DNA of 64,000 bases from Hypanus sabinus (Eukaryota), in contig NW_026781634.1 in assembly GCF_030144855.1 (NCBI RefSeq), positions 62,001 to 126,000 on the forward strand, written 5' to 3'. Shown piece after piece: positions 1 to 12,942 of the stretch. Each line of letters begins with the position of its first letter. Positions within the stretch are counted from its first letter, which is position 1. The position numbers and the translations under genes were made by a program. Below the pieces are notes generated by a model, which did not search any database, was not told the DNA's origin, and saw nothing but the letters and a program-made list of their open reading frames with translations.

Positions 1-3000
1 AAAAGAGAATCATGTCATCAGCATATAAGGATATTCTATGTTCCTGCTCTCCTAGCTGGATGCCTGACAGGACTGTCTGCTTTCTTATTGCCATAGCCAG
101 GAGTTCTATGGCCAGTATGAGCAACTTCGGTGCCAAAGGACATCCCTAGTGACGGCCTGAACAAACTTGCACGCATGTCATGCCCACATTCATTAGTTTT
201 CTCTTCAAACCAACACTGTACAGGGATAATGCAGTTAATGCACACAACATCCTCCCCACCCCACTATCAATCTGTTCCATCTGCTCCAGAGGCCACTAAC
301 TCTAACTGAGGGGAAGTGACCCGAGAAAGAAAAACGTACACCATTCCCTGCAGATCCTGTGGGCTGTTCCTTGCAACAGAGAAAGTAGCTCTCCAAAAAT
401 GACCAGAACAGGAAACAACAGACTCAACTTTAAATACTGGGAGTCTCCGTCTGACAAATTACTGTCTTTCCAGTACCTCCTGGTGTAGTCAATAAATCCT
501 CCGATATTTCCATTTCTCAGAAGTAACTCAGTGAGGACAACAGTTTGGGGAAGTTAACGGGACTCACTGAGACCTGCTGACTCGAAACTGGCATCAATAC
601 TCAACGATGGGAATCTGATTTTCCCCCAGCTGCCCATCGCAGAGAATATTCCGTCTCGGGCTCTCCGCCCCAGGGGCGAGGTCACCCTCCCGAATCCCAC
701 CGCCGATCTGCTTCCACAAAGAAAATTCATCACCCATCCCGGACTGAGCATGCGCGTCGTGAATTGCATCATCAGGGCGGTGGGCAAACAAACCTGCCGA
801 CGCTGGAGCTCTGTGGCAAAATGAAATGACGTGTGGTGGGTCTCCCATGTGATCCCGTTACTCCGCTCCTCGCCCCTCACACGCTGCCCAACCCATCGCC
901 CCATTTTCTACATGATTTCGTATTTACACTGAGCTACATTTTTAATTTTCCCTCTGTATTTCCCCGTCCCCATCACTCCACCCGACTGGATCACACATCC
1001 ACGGGTTCGAATCATATCCCGGTCCAGCACACAATCCAGACCCAAACCAGAAATGTGGAGGATTCATTTAAATCAGTCTATATTTATAAACACTAATTTC
1101 TATTCACAATCCTCCAGCCTTACTGGACAGGAACACTGAAATATCAATTTGGAAACAGCAGGTGGTGGACATTCAGCACCTCCAGTGATTAACAAGATGG
1201 CGGCTGCTCTCCCATCTTAATTACATATTCCTTCCCAATCCGTATTTCCTCGATCCCTTCGTTCTCCACATACCTGCCGGCCTCTGTTTTAGGTGAGGAC
1301 GATCACTGAGTCTTCACCGCCCTCTGTGGTGGGGATTTACATACATTTCTCAGCCTCGGAGTGGAGACATTTCCCCTCATCTCAGTCCCGAACAGTCCAC
1401 CCCCTTTTTCAGAGACTGGGATCCCTGGTTCAACCAGCAATGATGTTGTGCATTTCGATGTGTTCACCTCTCAGTCCCCGATTCTCTAAATGAAAGGATT
1501 ATCACATTTGATCTTTCTTCATATGATGACCCCACCACTCCAGGGATCAGTCTGGTGAATCTTCATTGCACTCTCTATAACAAATACTCTCTAACCTCTT
1601 TGTTAATCCTCTATGGAATCCCCACGTTGGCCCAAACACTCAACTCCCACCCCGTCGCTATTTCCACCTTCCCACCTTCCCCCTCATCTGGATCCACCTC
1701 TTTCCCCAACCCCACCCCTCACCTCTTTTCTCTGACTATTTCCAGTCTACTCTTAGTCCGGAGGGAGGGTCTCAGCCCGAAAAGTTGACAGTCCATTTCC
1801 CTCCACAGATGCTGCCCGACCCACTGAGTTCCTCGGGCAGTTTGTTCTTTGGTCTGTATAACCCGTGTTATTATGGGGAGCGGAATTTTACACCATATTC
1901 CAGGTACATCTCAACAAAGTCCAAATAATTGTTAAAGTCATTTTCACTCTTATATCTAATAACTCTTACAATAAATACAATGTACATTCTACCTCCCTCC
2001 CGACCCACTGCACCTCAGTCCCTCGCCATTTAAACACACAGAGGATGCAGGAGTGGATTACCAGGATATTGCCTGGATTCATGGGCATGAGCTATAACAA
2101 GAGTTTGGACAAACTTGTGTTGTTCTTTTTCTGGGGCAGCACAGGCTGGGGTGAGACGATAGACGTGTATATGATTATGAGAGACATAGATGGAGAAGGC
2201 AGACAATATTTTTTATCCTGGTTAGAAATGTTTAATGCAAGAGGCCATGTATTTGAAGTGAGAGGGGGTAGTTTGAAAGGAGATGCGAGGGGGAAGTGTT
2301 TTTAACAGAGAGAGTGGTGGGTTGCTAGGATGTCCTGCCCCGGGTGATGGTTCTGGCAGACACAGTGGTGACATTTAAGTGACATCTAAATTCCTCATGA
2401 ATGTGAGGAAAATGCAGACTTTGTGTCGGCAGAAGGAATTAGTTGGCCTTTTGATTTCAAATTTAATCAGCTGAGGAAAACATTTTGGGCTGAAGGGCCT
2501 GTTCTGTTTGATGTTCTATGTATTTTGTCGAGGGGTTTCCGAGGAGACAGAAGCAAAAGGAGTGAGTGGGAGCAACAGGTCAGCTGGAGCCCAGAGTCGG
2601 AAATGTGAGATCACCCACTACTGTAGGAGAAACAGAAATTGAATGTATTGTCTAGTGCACAAGTACGGGAGGGTACAGGTCCAGAGAAACACTCAGCATC
2701 ACAGGCAAGTACATTCAGATAACAAATTATACAATTTTGTGTCATTATCAATATAGAAGTACACGTTTTATGTCATTAACAATAAACAAGTATATATGTT
2801 GTCAATAATCATAAATATACATTTTGTGCATTAACAATGTATAAAAATACGATTTATTTTACAAGTGCTGACTAGGAAATGTCAAATTTAGTCCCTCAGC
2901 CGAACTGTTGACAGAGTTTGGGAACAACTGGGCTCCAAGCGCCAGACCCTACAACACCCACTGGGAAATCCTGCAGACCGAAGAAGGGTTAGGTTATTCC

Positions 3001-6000
3001 TTTTCTTTAAACACACAGACAACAAGAACTGGAGCAGGCCACTCAGCCCATCCGGAATATCCTGTCCTTCAATAAGACCCAAGACCAGTCCACTCTACCC
3101 CCCCCCAACACCACTCCAATCCACTTCGCCCAGACTATTGGCCCCAATTGCTCTGTTATCTCTGTTTGTCACCACCATGGGCTCAGACATTTCCACAGAT
3201 GAGCTGCTCATGTCCCTTCCCCACTGTCAATGGGCTCCTTCACCCAGTCGGTTCCTTGATTCCCCACTGGGACAAACATCCTCTCAGACTCCACCCTGTC
3301 CACCACTCACACACCATATATATCCTCTCAGTAAAATCCCTTACCACGTCCTTCTGCTGGATCACTCACTCCGTGAGTAGCCTGCATCAAGCCAATGGGC
3401 CATGTAGTCTCGTCCTACTTGTCAGAAATAGATTATAATCTGGCCGTAGAAGTCACTTCACAAATGCACCCAACTTCCCATGGAGGGAAATATAAATAAA
3501 TAAAAAGGAGGGACATTTACTTTGAGGTTTGTTCTGCTTTGACAGGGAGTTTGGGGATGGGAGTGGGAGTCGGATTCATGCGGGGGTAACGCCCTCTTGG
3601 CTGGCCCATCTCCGCTATTGGGTGTAAGCAGTGATCGACATCACTCCTCTATTGACAATAGGGTGGGGTGGGTGGGTCAGGTAATTGTTACGTCAGTCGG
3701 TAAAATTCAACCATCTCAGCGCCCGTGTGATGTAAGGAACTGCACACGTGACATCAGATCCTGGTGTGGGGAGCGCACTCGTGACATCAGGCATGTGGGG
3801 GCGCAGAGTTACGTCACGTGTGGGCGAGAGCTTGCTTTCAAAAGCTGTTCAAAGGACTGTTTTAATGATTTCAGAGGAACAAAGAAGGAAACTTAACAGG
3901 TTTCTTCGCTGAATCAGTAGAGTCCCCTGCTGTGTGACCAGATTTGCCATGTTGTTGATGGAATGGGCGTCGTGGCCCTTTGTTCGAGCTGGGTCACAAA
4001 ACCCCTAATGCTTCTGGGGAGGACTTTACCATGTGATCTGGATTGGGGTGTGTCAGTCAGTGCAGTATCCTGTTGTTTACTAATTTCATAAACAATGGCT
4101 TTACTGATGTGAACCGGATTTGGCTGCAGTGTGAATACAGATTTGTATCAGTTAAGAGAAAACCTCTCGGCCCTGAAGTCTTTGTCTACTGGTAAACTAA
4201 ACACTCTGACAATGTGGACCACAGATACCCCTTCCTCTATGTCAGTGTATCATTCAAACAGCTGATCACTGAGAAGAACTATATTTGTTGGTCACTGAAG
4301 TTCGTCCAGACATAGGTGGATGGAGTTGATGGGGATTTCAGGGATGCCACCTTGAAAGGATGGCTCAGCCAAACCCTCTGTGTTGTCCACCAGCACTCCG
4401 GGATGCCACGGGGAGCTCCTGCAAATCGCAGCAGAGTGGTGACTCCAGCTGACATCAGTAGTTTTCCTGTTCAGGCAGCGGTGAGGAAGGTGCTGATCCT
4501 GGGTTTGCATAAATCGAGCGCTAGTTGCAGTGGAAGTGAGCCGGGACAGAGCCGGACCGCTGGAGCGTCCGGGCTGTCTGGTCTTGCAACGCTGGGTTTA
4601 GTTTCGTGCCCGATCCGAGATTGTGGGTTCCATTAGTTGTGATTCCCCAAGCTGGGAGGGAAGATGTGGGTGATGTGGATCAGTCTATGTGGTGGGGTGG
4701 AGGGAGGTTGTGGTTTTGGGTTATCAGACGCAGCGTGATCGAGAAGGATAGGTCCCAGGAAAATCAAGATGTAAACAAGGGAGGAGGTGGTCCATTGAAT
4801 CAGCCAGGATACGTGACCTTTCAGGAAGCAACAATTCTCTTTTCACGTTAATTACTGACTAATCTTCCTGTTAACATTGTGTTTGTGACAGAGCCCCAGT
4901 GTCTTGGAACAGCTGAATGGCGGGAAACAGAGGGTGATGCTGAGAGGCTGTTTCTTGGCCTCAAGGCCAGTGCCTAGAGATGTTCCACCTATTGTTACTT
5001 GTCATCTGTATCAATCATTTGGCTGGGAATATATAGGGTTGTAAGTTAGAACATGGAACATGAAATCTACAGCAGATTACAGGCTTTTCAGCTCACAATA
5101 TTCTGCCAACCATTGTCTAGAACTACCCAACTGCATAACATTATTTTTCTGAGCTCCATGTACCTATGTAAGAGTCTCTTAAAATACCCTATTGTGTCCA
5201 CAGCCAGCACCGTCACCAGCAATGCATTTCACTCCCACCACTCTGTGTGGAAAAACCCCTGACATCCCTCCTCTGCCTACTTCCAAGCAACTTAAAAATA
5301 TGCCCCCTCATGTCACTCATTTCAGCCCTGGGAAAAAGCCTCATGTTATCCACATGATCAATGCCTCTCATCATTTTGTACACCTCTATCAGCTCACCCC
5401 TACTTCTCCGTCACTCCAAGGAGAAAAGGTCAAGTAAGTTTGCAGCAAGTAAGTTCAAAGAATTACATTTTTGAAAGATATTAAGTATAAACGTTCCCCT
5501 TTGTTTCAATCTCCACACTCAGAAGTGACAAAGAGCTACTTCAGAAGAAGCAAGACCTTGAAATTAGCAAACTCTGAGGGAATGTGATTGACTTTAAAGA
5601 GCTGTGATACTCAGAGCGCATCAACAGACCTGGTGATCACAACTCGGTCTGACAGAGGCATAACTGGTACTTCTGGGCACATTCAGTATCAGTCCAACTA
5701 TTTCCTACCTTTCTTTGTGCAGGTATGTAATGTCTAAAGGACCAGTGTTTGAGTAAACACTCAGCAAACTTTCTCCTGACTGAATCACCGGATTCTCAGA
5801 GTCAGGTGGGTTCTCTCCAGTTGATGCTCTCAATCCTCGGGCTGGTTCACTTGCTGCTTTTCCCTCAGCTTCGGTCGTGGTTTGTTTCCAGTTGTGGAAA
5901 CAAATGTTTCTTCAAATAAATCTCTCACCGCAGGTCTAACTTTAATATGAAAGATATTGAAGTATGTTAACAATGCAAAGGAGAACAAAACATTACTGTT

Positions 6001-8300
6001 CAATGTTCCTAAAAATAAAACCCACTGAAATTTAAACGTTAAGACAAATATAATGCTCTGAGTGAACTAATCTGTAATTGTCCCTCACACGTCACAAAAC
6101 AATATGGGATAAGAAGGAGCCATCATTCAGTCATGGTAAGACATAAGACACAGGAACAGAATTAGGGGATTCGATCCATCTGGTCTGCTCCACCACTCAT
6201 CCATGGCTGATTTTTATTCCAACACCATATTCCTGCCTTCCTCCTGTAACTCTGAAGCTACTTGGAGCAATCACAAATCTTTTAATCTCTGCCATAAATA
6301 TACCCTAATGGCAGCTTCATTCACCCTCTGTGGCAACAAATTCCACAGATCAGCCACCCTTTACTTAAGATATTCTCCTCATCTCATCTCAGTTTTAAGG
6401 GGAAGCTTCTTTATTCTGAGTCTGTGCTCTCAGATCCCAGACTCTCCACATAGAGGAAATATCCTCTCCATGTCCACTGTATCCAGGCTTTTCAGCATTC
6501 GGTAGGTTTCCTTAAACAAGCACCACCTCCACCCCCACCGTCCCTCTGAACTCCATTGAGCACAGGTCCAGGACCATTGACTAACAGACATGTGATAGTG
6601 AGGGGAAATTTCCAAACACAGTTTGAACACTGAACCCCTGGGTCCAATTCTATTGCTGCAAACATTTAATGACCATGAGAGGGATGGAATAGGAACTCAT
6701 TCTCTCCTCAGATTAGCACTCACTGCCTCCAAAGGAACTCCAGAAACAAACAACTGAGACCAGACCGGAAACACTTGATCAACACCTCATGAGCCCGAGA
6801 TCCATGATCCATTTCACCAGAGTCAAAATCTGCATTTCACCAAGGTCACGCAGCTGAATGTGCCACTTACCGACCCCAGAAACCTCGCACATCGTCCCCA
6901 CATCAGGGATTTCCCAACAACCAATGTCCAGCAGCCCCGGACCTGATTCACTGTGGAAGGAGGAACATTCAGCCCCACCGACAGAAGAGCTGACCTGGGC
7001 AAATCCCAAATACTGACAGTTCCATATTCCCGGAGGCGGCATCTCAGGATTGCAGTCCAAGCACTAATTTGCTGCCAGTAACACGCTGCAGTGTGTCGGC
7101 CATTCAGAGTTCAAAAACTAACACTCTAACATTAACCTATGGTAGAATGGGAAATGACTGTGCCAGATATTGAGCTGGAAACCTGGGCATGGGCCAGCAG
7201 CAGGCATGGATTCGTTTCACATGGTCTCCAGCAGCTAAACTGAACACATTTTATCATTATATCGTAACATGGGATCTTGTCCAGCACAATTGGCCGTAGC
7301 ATTTCCTGTAGGCTAACAGGAATAACAGGCTTTTCATTTCAAATTGAAATTAAATGCTGGAAACTCGGTACATCAGATTGGATGTGTGGAAAGAGAAACT
7401 GTGGAAGACTCAGTATCAGAACTGATGCTGCCCGATCTGCTGAACGTTTCCAACATTTTCTCTTTTTACTTTAAATGATGCACAACTACTGACTGATTAC
7501 AAGATGTTTGTGAAAGCCTGAACAAAGTTGCACAAATGTAAGTCCCACATTCTCTTCATTCCAACACAGGGTTAATACAGTCGGTACAGTCAATGCTCAC
7601 AACATCCTCCCCACCCACCTATCAGTCTGTTCAATCTGCTCCCTAGGCCACTAACTCTCAATGAGGGGAAGTGACCAGAGCGCGATAAAAATATGCACCA
7701 CTCCCTGCAGATCCTGTGGGCTTTTCCTCTCCAAGAATGATCAAAACAGGAAATAACAGACTCAACTTTAATCGTCTGATTAAGATTAACACAACGGCCA
7801 TTTGGTAACATTGAAACTAAAATTGTAGTGACTGTCTTTATCCTTCCTCATTCTGCATTAAATAAATCCTCTGGTAGTTCAGGTAACAAATACTGATTTC
7901 AGAAATTATTCAGTGAGGCAAAAGACAACGGTAGAAGAGGTATTGTTGATATATATCATCGAGGTCGTGGGGTTAGGAGACTGGACAGACATTGAACAGA
8001 GATTGCAGGAGATGTGCAAATAGAAACTTGTGTAAGCAGGTGGGAGAAGGGATCAAGGACGATCATTGATGGTCCTCCAGCAATACACAGATACTGAATT
8101 AACAGTACATACTATGTACTAATATCACAAAGATAAAACAACAGGAACTTTGGCATTAACCCTTCTCTCCGAAATATATTTTATCAAACACCATGGAAAG
8201 TATCCCCAGGTTGGGTGTGAAAGTCTCAGAGCCCGGACCGACCCCGGCAGGTTCTGTCCAGGAAACGGGGTGAGACCGCCAGTTCGGGAAAGTTAACGGG

Positions 8301-8640
8301 ACTCACTGTACAACATCGCTCGGGATAGAGTACTCACACATGGATCTTGTCGACCTCGCTCCGGAGAGAATGATCCGAACCCCCGGCTCCCCGCCCGAGG
8401 GGGCGAGGACACCCTCCCGATCTGGATTCCGCAGACGAACCACCGCTCCGGACCTGCTTCAACAAAGACGGGGGGAAACAAGTCGCAGCCCATCCCCGGC
8501 TGTGAGCATGCGCAGTTTTCGTATTGCGTCATTAGACCGGGGCGGGGCCACGGAGACAAACCCGCAGATGTTGCCGATCTGCGGTAAAAGAGAATCACGT
8601 GACGGTGAGGGTCGCCCACGTGACACGGTGTTTGCTCCTC
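8301..8640 (-). promoter_or_regulatory. CpG-rich promoter/first-exon-like element
   Basis: Two CACGTGAC E-boxes (~8596, ~8617), GC box GGGGCGGGGC (~8539), NRF1-like GCGCATGCTC (8504-8513) and donor CA|GTGAGT at 8306-8301. Paralog at 562-860. Confidence 0.45.
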
Positions 8641-9439
8641 GCCCCTCACACTCTGCCCAAACCATTTTCCACATTATTTCACAACCCTCCCATCTCAGAC
8701 ACATGTTTCTGTCCGATCCTCATTTCCTCGATCGTGGATTTAATTTCCGTCTTCTGCAGCCCCGTGTTGCCCCAACCACTCACCTCCCACCCAGTCACTA
8801 TTTCCAACTTCCCACCTCCCCCCTCAGCTGGATCACCTCTCACTCTCCAGCTCTTGCCCCATTTCCCCCCCTCACCTGTTTTCTCTGACTATTTCCCGTT
8901 GACTCAGTCCAGAGGGAGGGTCTCAGCCCGAAATGTTGACGGTCCATTTCCCTCCACAGATGCTGCCCGATCCACTGTTTGGTCTGTATAACCCGTGTTA
9001 GTATGGGGAGCGGGATTTTACACCATATTCCAGGTACAATCTCAATAAAGCCAAATAATTGTCACTTTGCCCGGATCACTGGCCCCGCTTGCAGGGCAAC
9101 AGTCTGTCGGTATTTCCCCCAATATGGTGAATCCCTCTGCTCGTACCACCGTGGGCTGAGACATTACCATAGATGAGCCCCTCCTGTCCCCACGGGGACA
9201 AACATCCTTTCCGCCCACTTCACACCATCATCATGCTTTCAATAAAATACGCCCCCCGGGGAACCGGCATCAAACCGACGGGCCGAACGGTCTGCTCCTA
9301 CCTCTCAGCGATACGTCAGACTCCGGACACAAGAGACGCTTCACAAACGTTTCAGCTTCCCTCGGAGGGCAAGTTTACTTTGAGATTCGTTCCGCTCTGA
9401 GGGAAGTTCGGCCGGAGCGGGAGACGAACTCAGCGGGGA

Positions 9440-9720
9440 TAACGCCCTCTCCGCTGGTCCGCCTCATCTATTGGATGTAATCAGTGATTGACATTTCTGC
9501 GCACCAATGGCAATAGCGCAGCTCCTGCTGCGTCGGCTGTCAGCGGTGGGGGGGGGGGGGGGAGGGCTGGTCACATTATTAGTTGCTCAGCCGTTAAACC
9601 GATAAAGCTCGAGCTCACCAGTGCGTGGATGACGTAAGACACCGCGCACCCGTGTGTGATGTCAGCCGCGTGAGTGCGCCTGTGTGACGTCACCTGTGGG
9701 GGAGTGCTCGTATTTAAAAA
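9440..9720 (+). promoter_or_regulatory. Promoter-like element (CCAAT, CRE, TATA-like)
   Basis: ATTGG/CCAAT, TGACGTAA, TGATGTCA, TGACGTCA (9685-9692) and TATTTAAAAA (9711-9720). Paralogs at ~3600-3845 (+), ~30890-31130 (-) and ~36465-36810 (-). Confidence 0.4.
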
Positions 9721-10930
9721 CGCATAAATGGACTATTGCTATGTATGTGCCTTGGGAGATCAACGAACATGTTTCTGCCCAGCGCGCACGCTCTTCAACT
9801 TTTATATCATTCCATAAGATAGACTGTGTTCTGTCTCCGGACTTATAGGTAATACTGCATTGGTCTCTGCAGTCTAGATCCTCTATCCAGTATCGAAGAT
9901 TCCGAAAATCTTGGAAAAGTTGTTTCTCTGGAATTTCCCAATCATCTCTAATATCCATGTACTTATCAAAGTCTGTGAACCGATTAGCACCAAATGTGTG
10001 CTGTTTGTCTAATTTATATCAATCTGCATTTTTACAGCATCCACACCAAAACCTGCTGAACTGCATTCCAAGAAAATGTGCCTTTTAGTCTTCCCATCTG
10101 TTTCTGGGTAAAATTCATTTGTAATTTCCCCAAACTTGGAAAATATCTTCTGGATAACATTTCGAAGTTTCTCTAGCCGATCTGGTCCAACTTGTGGTAC
10201 ATTATCCACAACAATAACAGAATCTATTCCATCAGCTTTTCGAGGTTGATCGTTTAAAATAGCACCCAGCAATTCCTCGTCGGGGAGATCATCCACGAAA
10301 CCTTCGTCTGGTTCCTCCAACTCCTCCAACGCTCAGAGCTCCGTGGAGGTGCTGACACCGACAAGCTGGGCAGTAAAGTTGATGATTGGGAGGAAGAGGT
10401 TGCTGAATTTTTTGTGACAGAAGAAATTATCTCTGTTGGAGATCAGGAGTAACCTTATACGGTGTCACCACATTTTTCAGCGAAGTTGATTTCTCCTGTG
10501 TCACCTGGAAGTTCAATGTGCTCCACTCTGCAAAGATCATCACAGTGCCGTTTCCTGTATCAGTCTCCGTTGTGCTGATAAAGACGCTGCCTTCACTTTT
10601 ACTAATTGTGAATATATTTCACGAAATAGCAGCAGCCCTGGAGTTTACTTTGTGTAATTGTCACTAGTTACTGTGGAAGCTGTCATTGGTTTAAGTAAGA
10701 ATATTATTGAGGCATTCTTTCCTGTAGCCATGATCTATTTTTACACCATGGTAAATTAACATTACATTTTGTATGGAGCAGTATTGAGACTACAAAGAGA
10801 ATTATTACGTATTTTAGTGTACACTTAAGACACGACAGTGGACTGTAGTCAGTTTATCCAGTCAGTTTATATCTGACATCAAATGGGATAAAATAAAGCT
10901 TAGTAACACAGAGAAAACACATAAGTGGAC
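9717..10930. pseudogene. EIF3B: eIF3b processed pseudogene with 5' inversion
   Basis: Minus strand ~10329-9734 encodes intronless eIF3b RRM and downstream region ([24 protein letters not shown]...KLDKQHTF...EERARW) with a frameshift and a TGA near 10020-10035. Plus strand 10327-10452 encodes the eIF3b C-terminus (ELRGGADTD...[23 protein letters not shown]). AATAAA at 10892-10897. TSD copies at 9717-9733 and 10914-10930. Confidence 0.93.
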
Positions 10931-11357
10931 GTTTCTTATGATTTCAGTGGGACAAAAACATTAATCACGGGTTTCACCACTGAATCCAGAGTTGTGAGAC
11001 GTAAAGTCCCCTGTTACGTGTCAGGCTGTGCGGTGTTGCTGGTGGAGTGGGCAGCGTGGTGTTTGTCTCGATTCGGGTCACACACCAGAATTGCCAGCGG
11101 GGTCCACTCACAGTGTATTAGTCAACAGAAAACCTCTCGTCCCTGCAGTCTTTGTCTCCTGGTAAACTCAACATCCTGACACTGTGGAACATAGATACCC
11201 CTTCCTCTTTAAAGTCAGTTATTCATTCAGACAACTGATCGCTGAGAGAAATTAAATTTATTGGTCATTAAAGTTCACCAGTTTCGTTTGGACAGATTTG
11301 ATGAGGAGTTCGGGGTGTCACAGTGAAAGGGCCGGACGGTCGAACTCTCTCCGTTGT

Positions 11358-11878
11358 CCAAACATCCTTCCAGGTGAGGCGACACTTTACCTGTGAATCT
11401 TCCGGGGTCGCCCGTTGTGTCCGCTGCTCCCCATGCGGCCGCCTCTACACTGGTTACACCAGCTCCTCCGCAGTTGTGCGGGGTATGGTTGTTTTATTTG
11501 GGGGGGGGGGGGGGCGGATCGATGTTATTGTTCCCTTTTGTGCGGGAGGGGTGAGTTTTGGGGGTTGATGATCCGGATGCCTTTCTTTTTGATGCGGGGG
11601 GTGGGGAGGGAATTTGAGTTTTCTCTCTGAACGTCTTTCATGCTGTTTCTTTGTTTTGTGGTTCTCTGGAGAAGATAATAAAACGCAAGAGTTGTTTATG
11701 GATACCTGCTTTGGTAATACAGTGACCTTTGAACTGTCCGCTCCCAGCTGGTGTCCAAACATTTTCATTCCGATTCCCATTCCCGTTCCGATGTGCCTCC
11801 TTGTGTCAAGATGAGACCACCTTCGGGGTTCAGGATCAGCTCATAATAATCCGTCTTGGTAGCCTCCCAACTACATGA
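11358..11878 (+). mobile_element. Penelope-like element GIY-YIG endonuclease remnant, interrupted by another repeat
   Basis: SFQVRRHFTCESSGV..CVRCSPCGRLYTG at ~11365-11455. Resumes at ~11770 with HS.SD...IIRLGSL. Confidence 0.75.
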
Positions 11879-12000
11879 TGGCGCTGTATGGACCTCCGGC
11901 ATAGGTGGCGCTCTATGGACCTCCGGCACAGGTAGCGTTGTACGGAACTCCAGCCACCTGCAACGATGTAAAGACCTCCGGCCGAGGGTGGCGCTGCCGC
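11879..12000 (+). repeat. 27-bp tandem repeat, about 4.5 degenerate units
   Basis: Unit tggcgctctatggacctccggcatagg starting at 11879, 11906 and 11933. Confidence 0.8.
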
Positions 12001-12160
12001 AAACCTTCTGCTAAGCGCATGCTCGGTGCCGTGTGCGTGTATCTGTTGCTGGTGTTCGGGTGGGGTTGAGTGGGGGGCTGATCCCGGGGTAGGTTTGTGT
12101 AAATCAGGGGCCGGTTGCATTGGGAAAGGGCCAGACCCGCGCTTTGCCAGACGGCTGGAG

Positions 12161-12942
12161 CAGGGGTGCAGTGCAAACATTTTTACTTGCGAGTGTACGA
12201 GCGGTGATTGATAAGTACGTACCTAAGTTAGAAGGCCTAAAATTATACATCTCTCGGTACATGTACGTCCAGTTCAACTCTTTGAGTGATCATGCAGAAA
12301 TTTTGAAGTTAATAACTGTTCCGGTATTTCTGTTTCAGATAATTGAAAATTGCTATGTTTTGTAAAATTGACTCCTTCCACCTTAGGCCACGAACTTATC
12401 AATCGCTCCTCCTGTGTCACTCCGAATTGTGTACCTGCTCATTTCATGTACTGGGCAACTTCCTCACCTATAACATATTTATATATAAATAGAGCTTCTT
12501 ATAATGTTAAGCACTAAAACAAGATGAAGGAAATACATGAATTCCAGAGCTCCACAAAAATATAGTGATAGTACAGACATTAAGAAAATTATAGCCTATC
12601 ACTACATTTCAGCTTATAACTGGTGCAAAAAACATATAATAATTTAATAAGATGATAAAGTATTGCATGGTTGCATTCAATAATTATCATAAAATATAAT
12701 TATCAAGCAAGTGAAGCAATGTTTGCTTAGAAGCCATAGGGTTGTTAGTGAGAAAAATTAAGTTTTGTATTAGCGAGTAATCCATGGACCCCCACAGTTA
12801 CACCTCCAGGATTTCACCAAAAATTATCAAATATCCTATTCAAATGTAATTTCCCGCTTGTTTATTTTGACTTTTTTTTTACAGAGATGCTGAAGTGGTG
12901 CTCCGGTGAGCTCCGGCGAGCTCCGGCAGCTCTGCACCCCTG
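12161..12942. mobile_element. Non-autonomous hAT-like DNA transposon
   Basis: 11-bp TIRs caggggtgcag / ctgcacccctg, AT-rich interior, subterminal ctccgg repeats at 12901-12930. No matching 8-bp TSD. Confidence 0.6.

Larger units (their letters stand above)
180..12160 (+). repeat. Two direct, diverged copies of a multi-kb segmental module (about 180-7200 and 7540-12160)
   Basis: Colinear matches 183-432/7543-7771, 548-900/8286-8690, 1690-1930/8828-9060, 3500-3920/9350-9730+10930-10990, 4150-4340/11115-11320 and 4490-4565/12075-12160. Confidence 0.85.

Noticed and set aside
8340-8888. 182-aa ORF
   Set aside because: It spans a GC-rich promoter-like region and a Penelope-type repeat tail, and the frame is not conserved in the paralog at 550-930.
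9662-10329. Functional eIF3b gene or horizontally acquired copy
   Set aside because: Frameshift, internal TGA, missing central CDS, inversion and TSDs mark a host-derived dead retrocopy.
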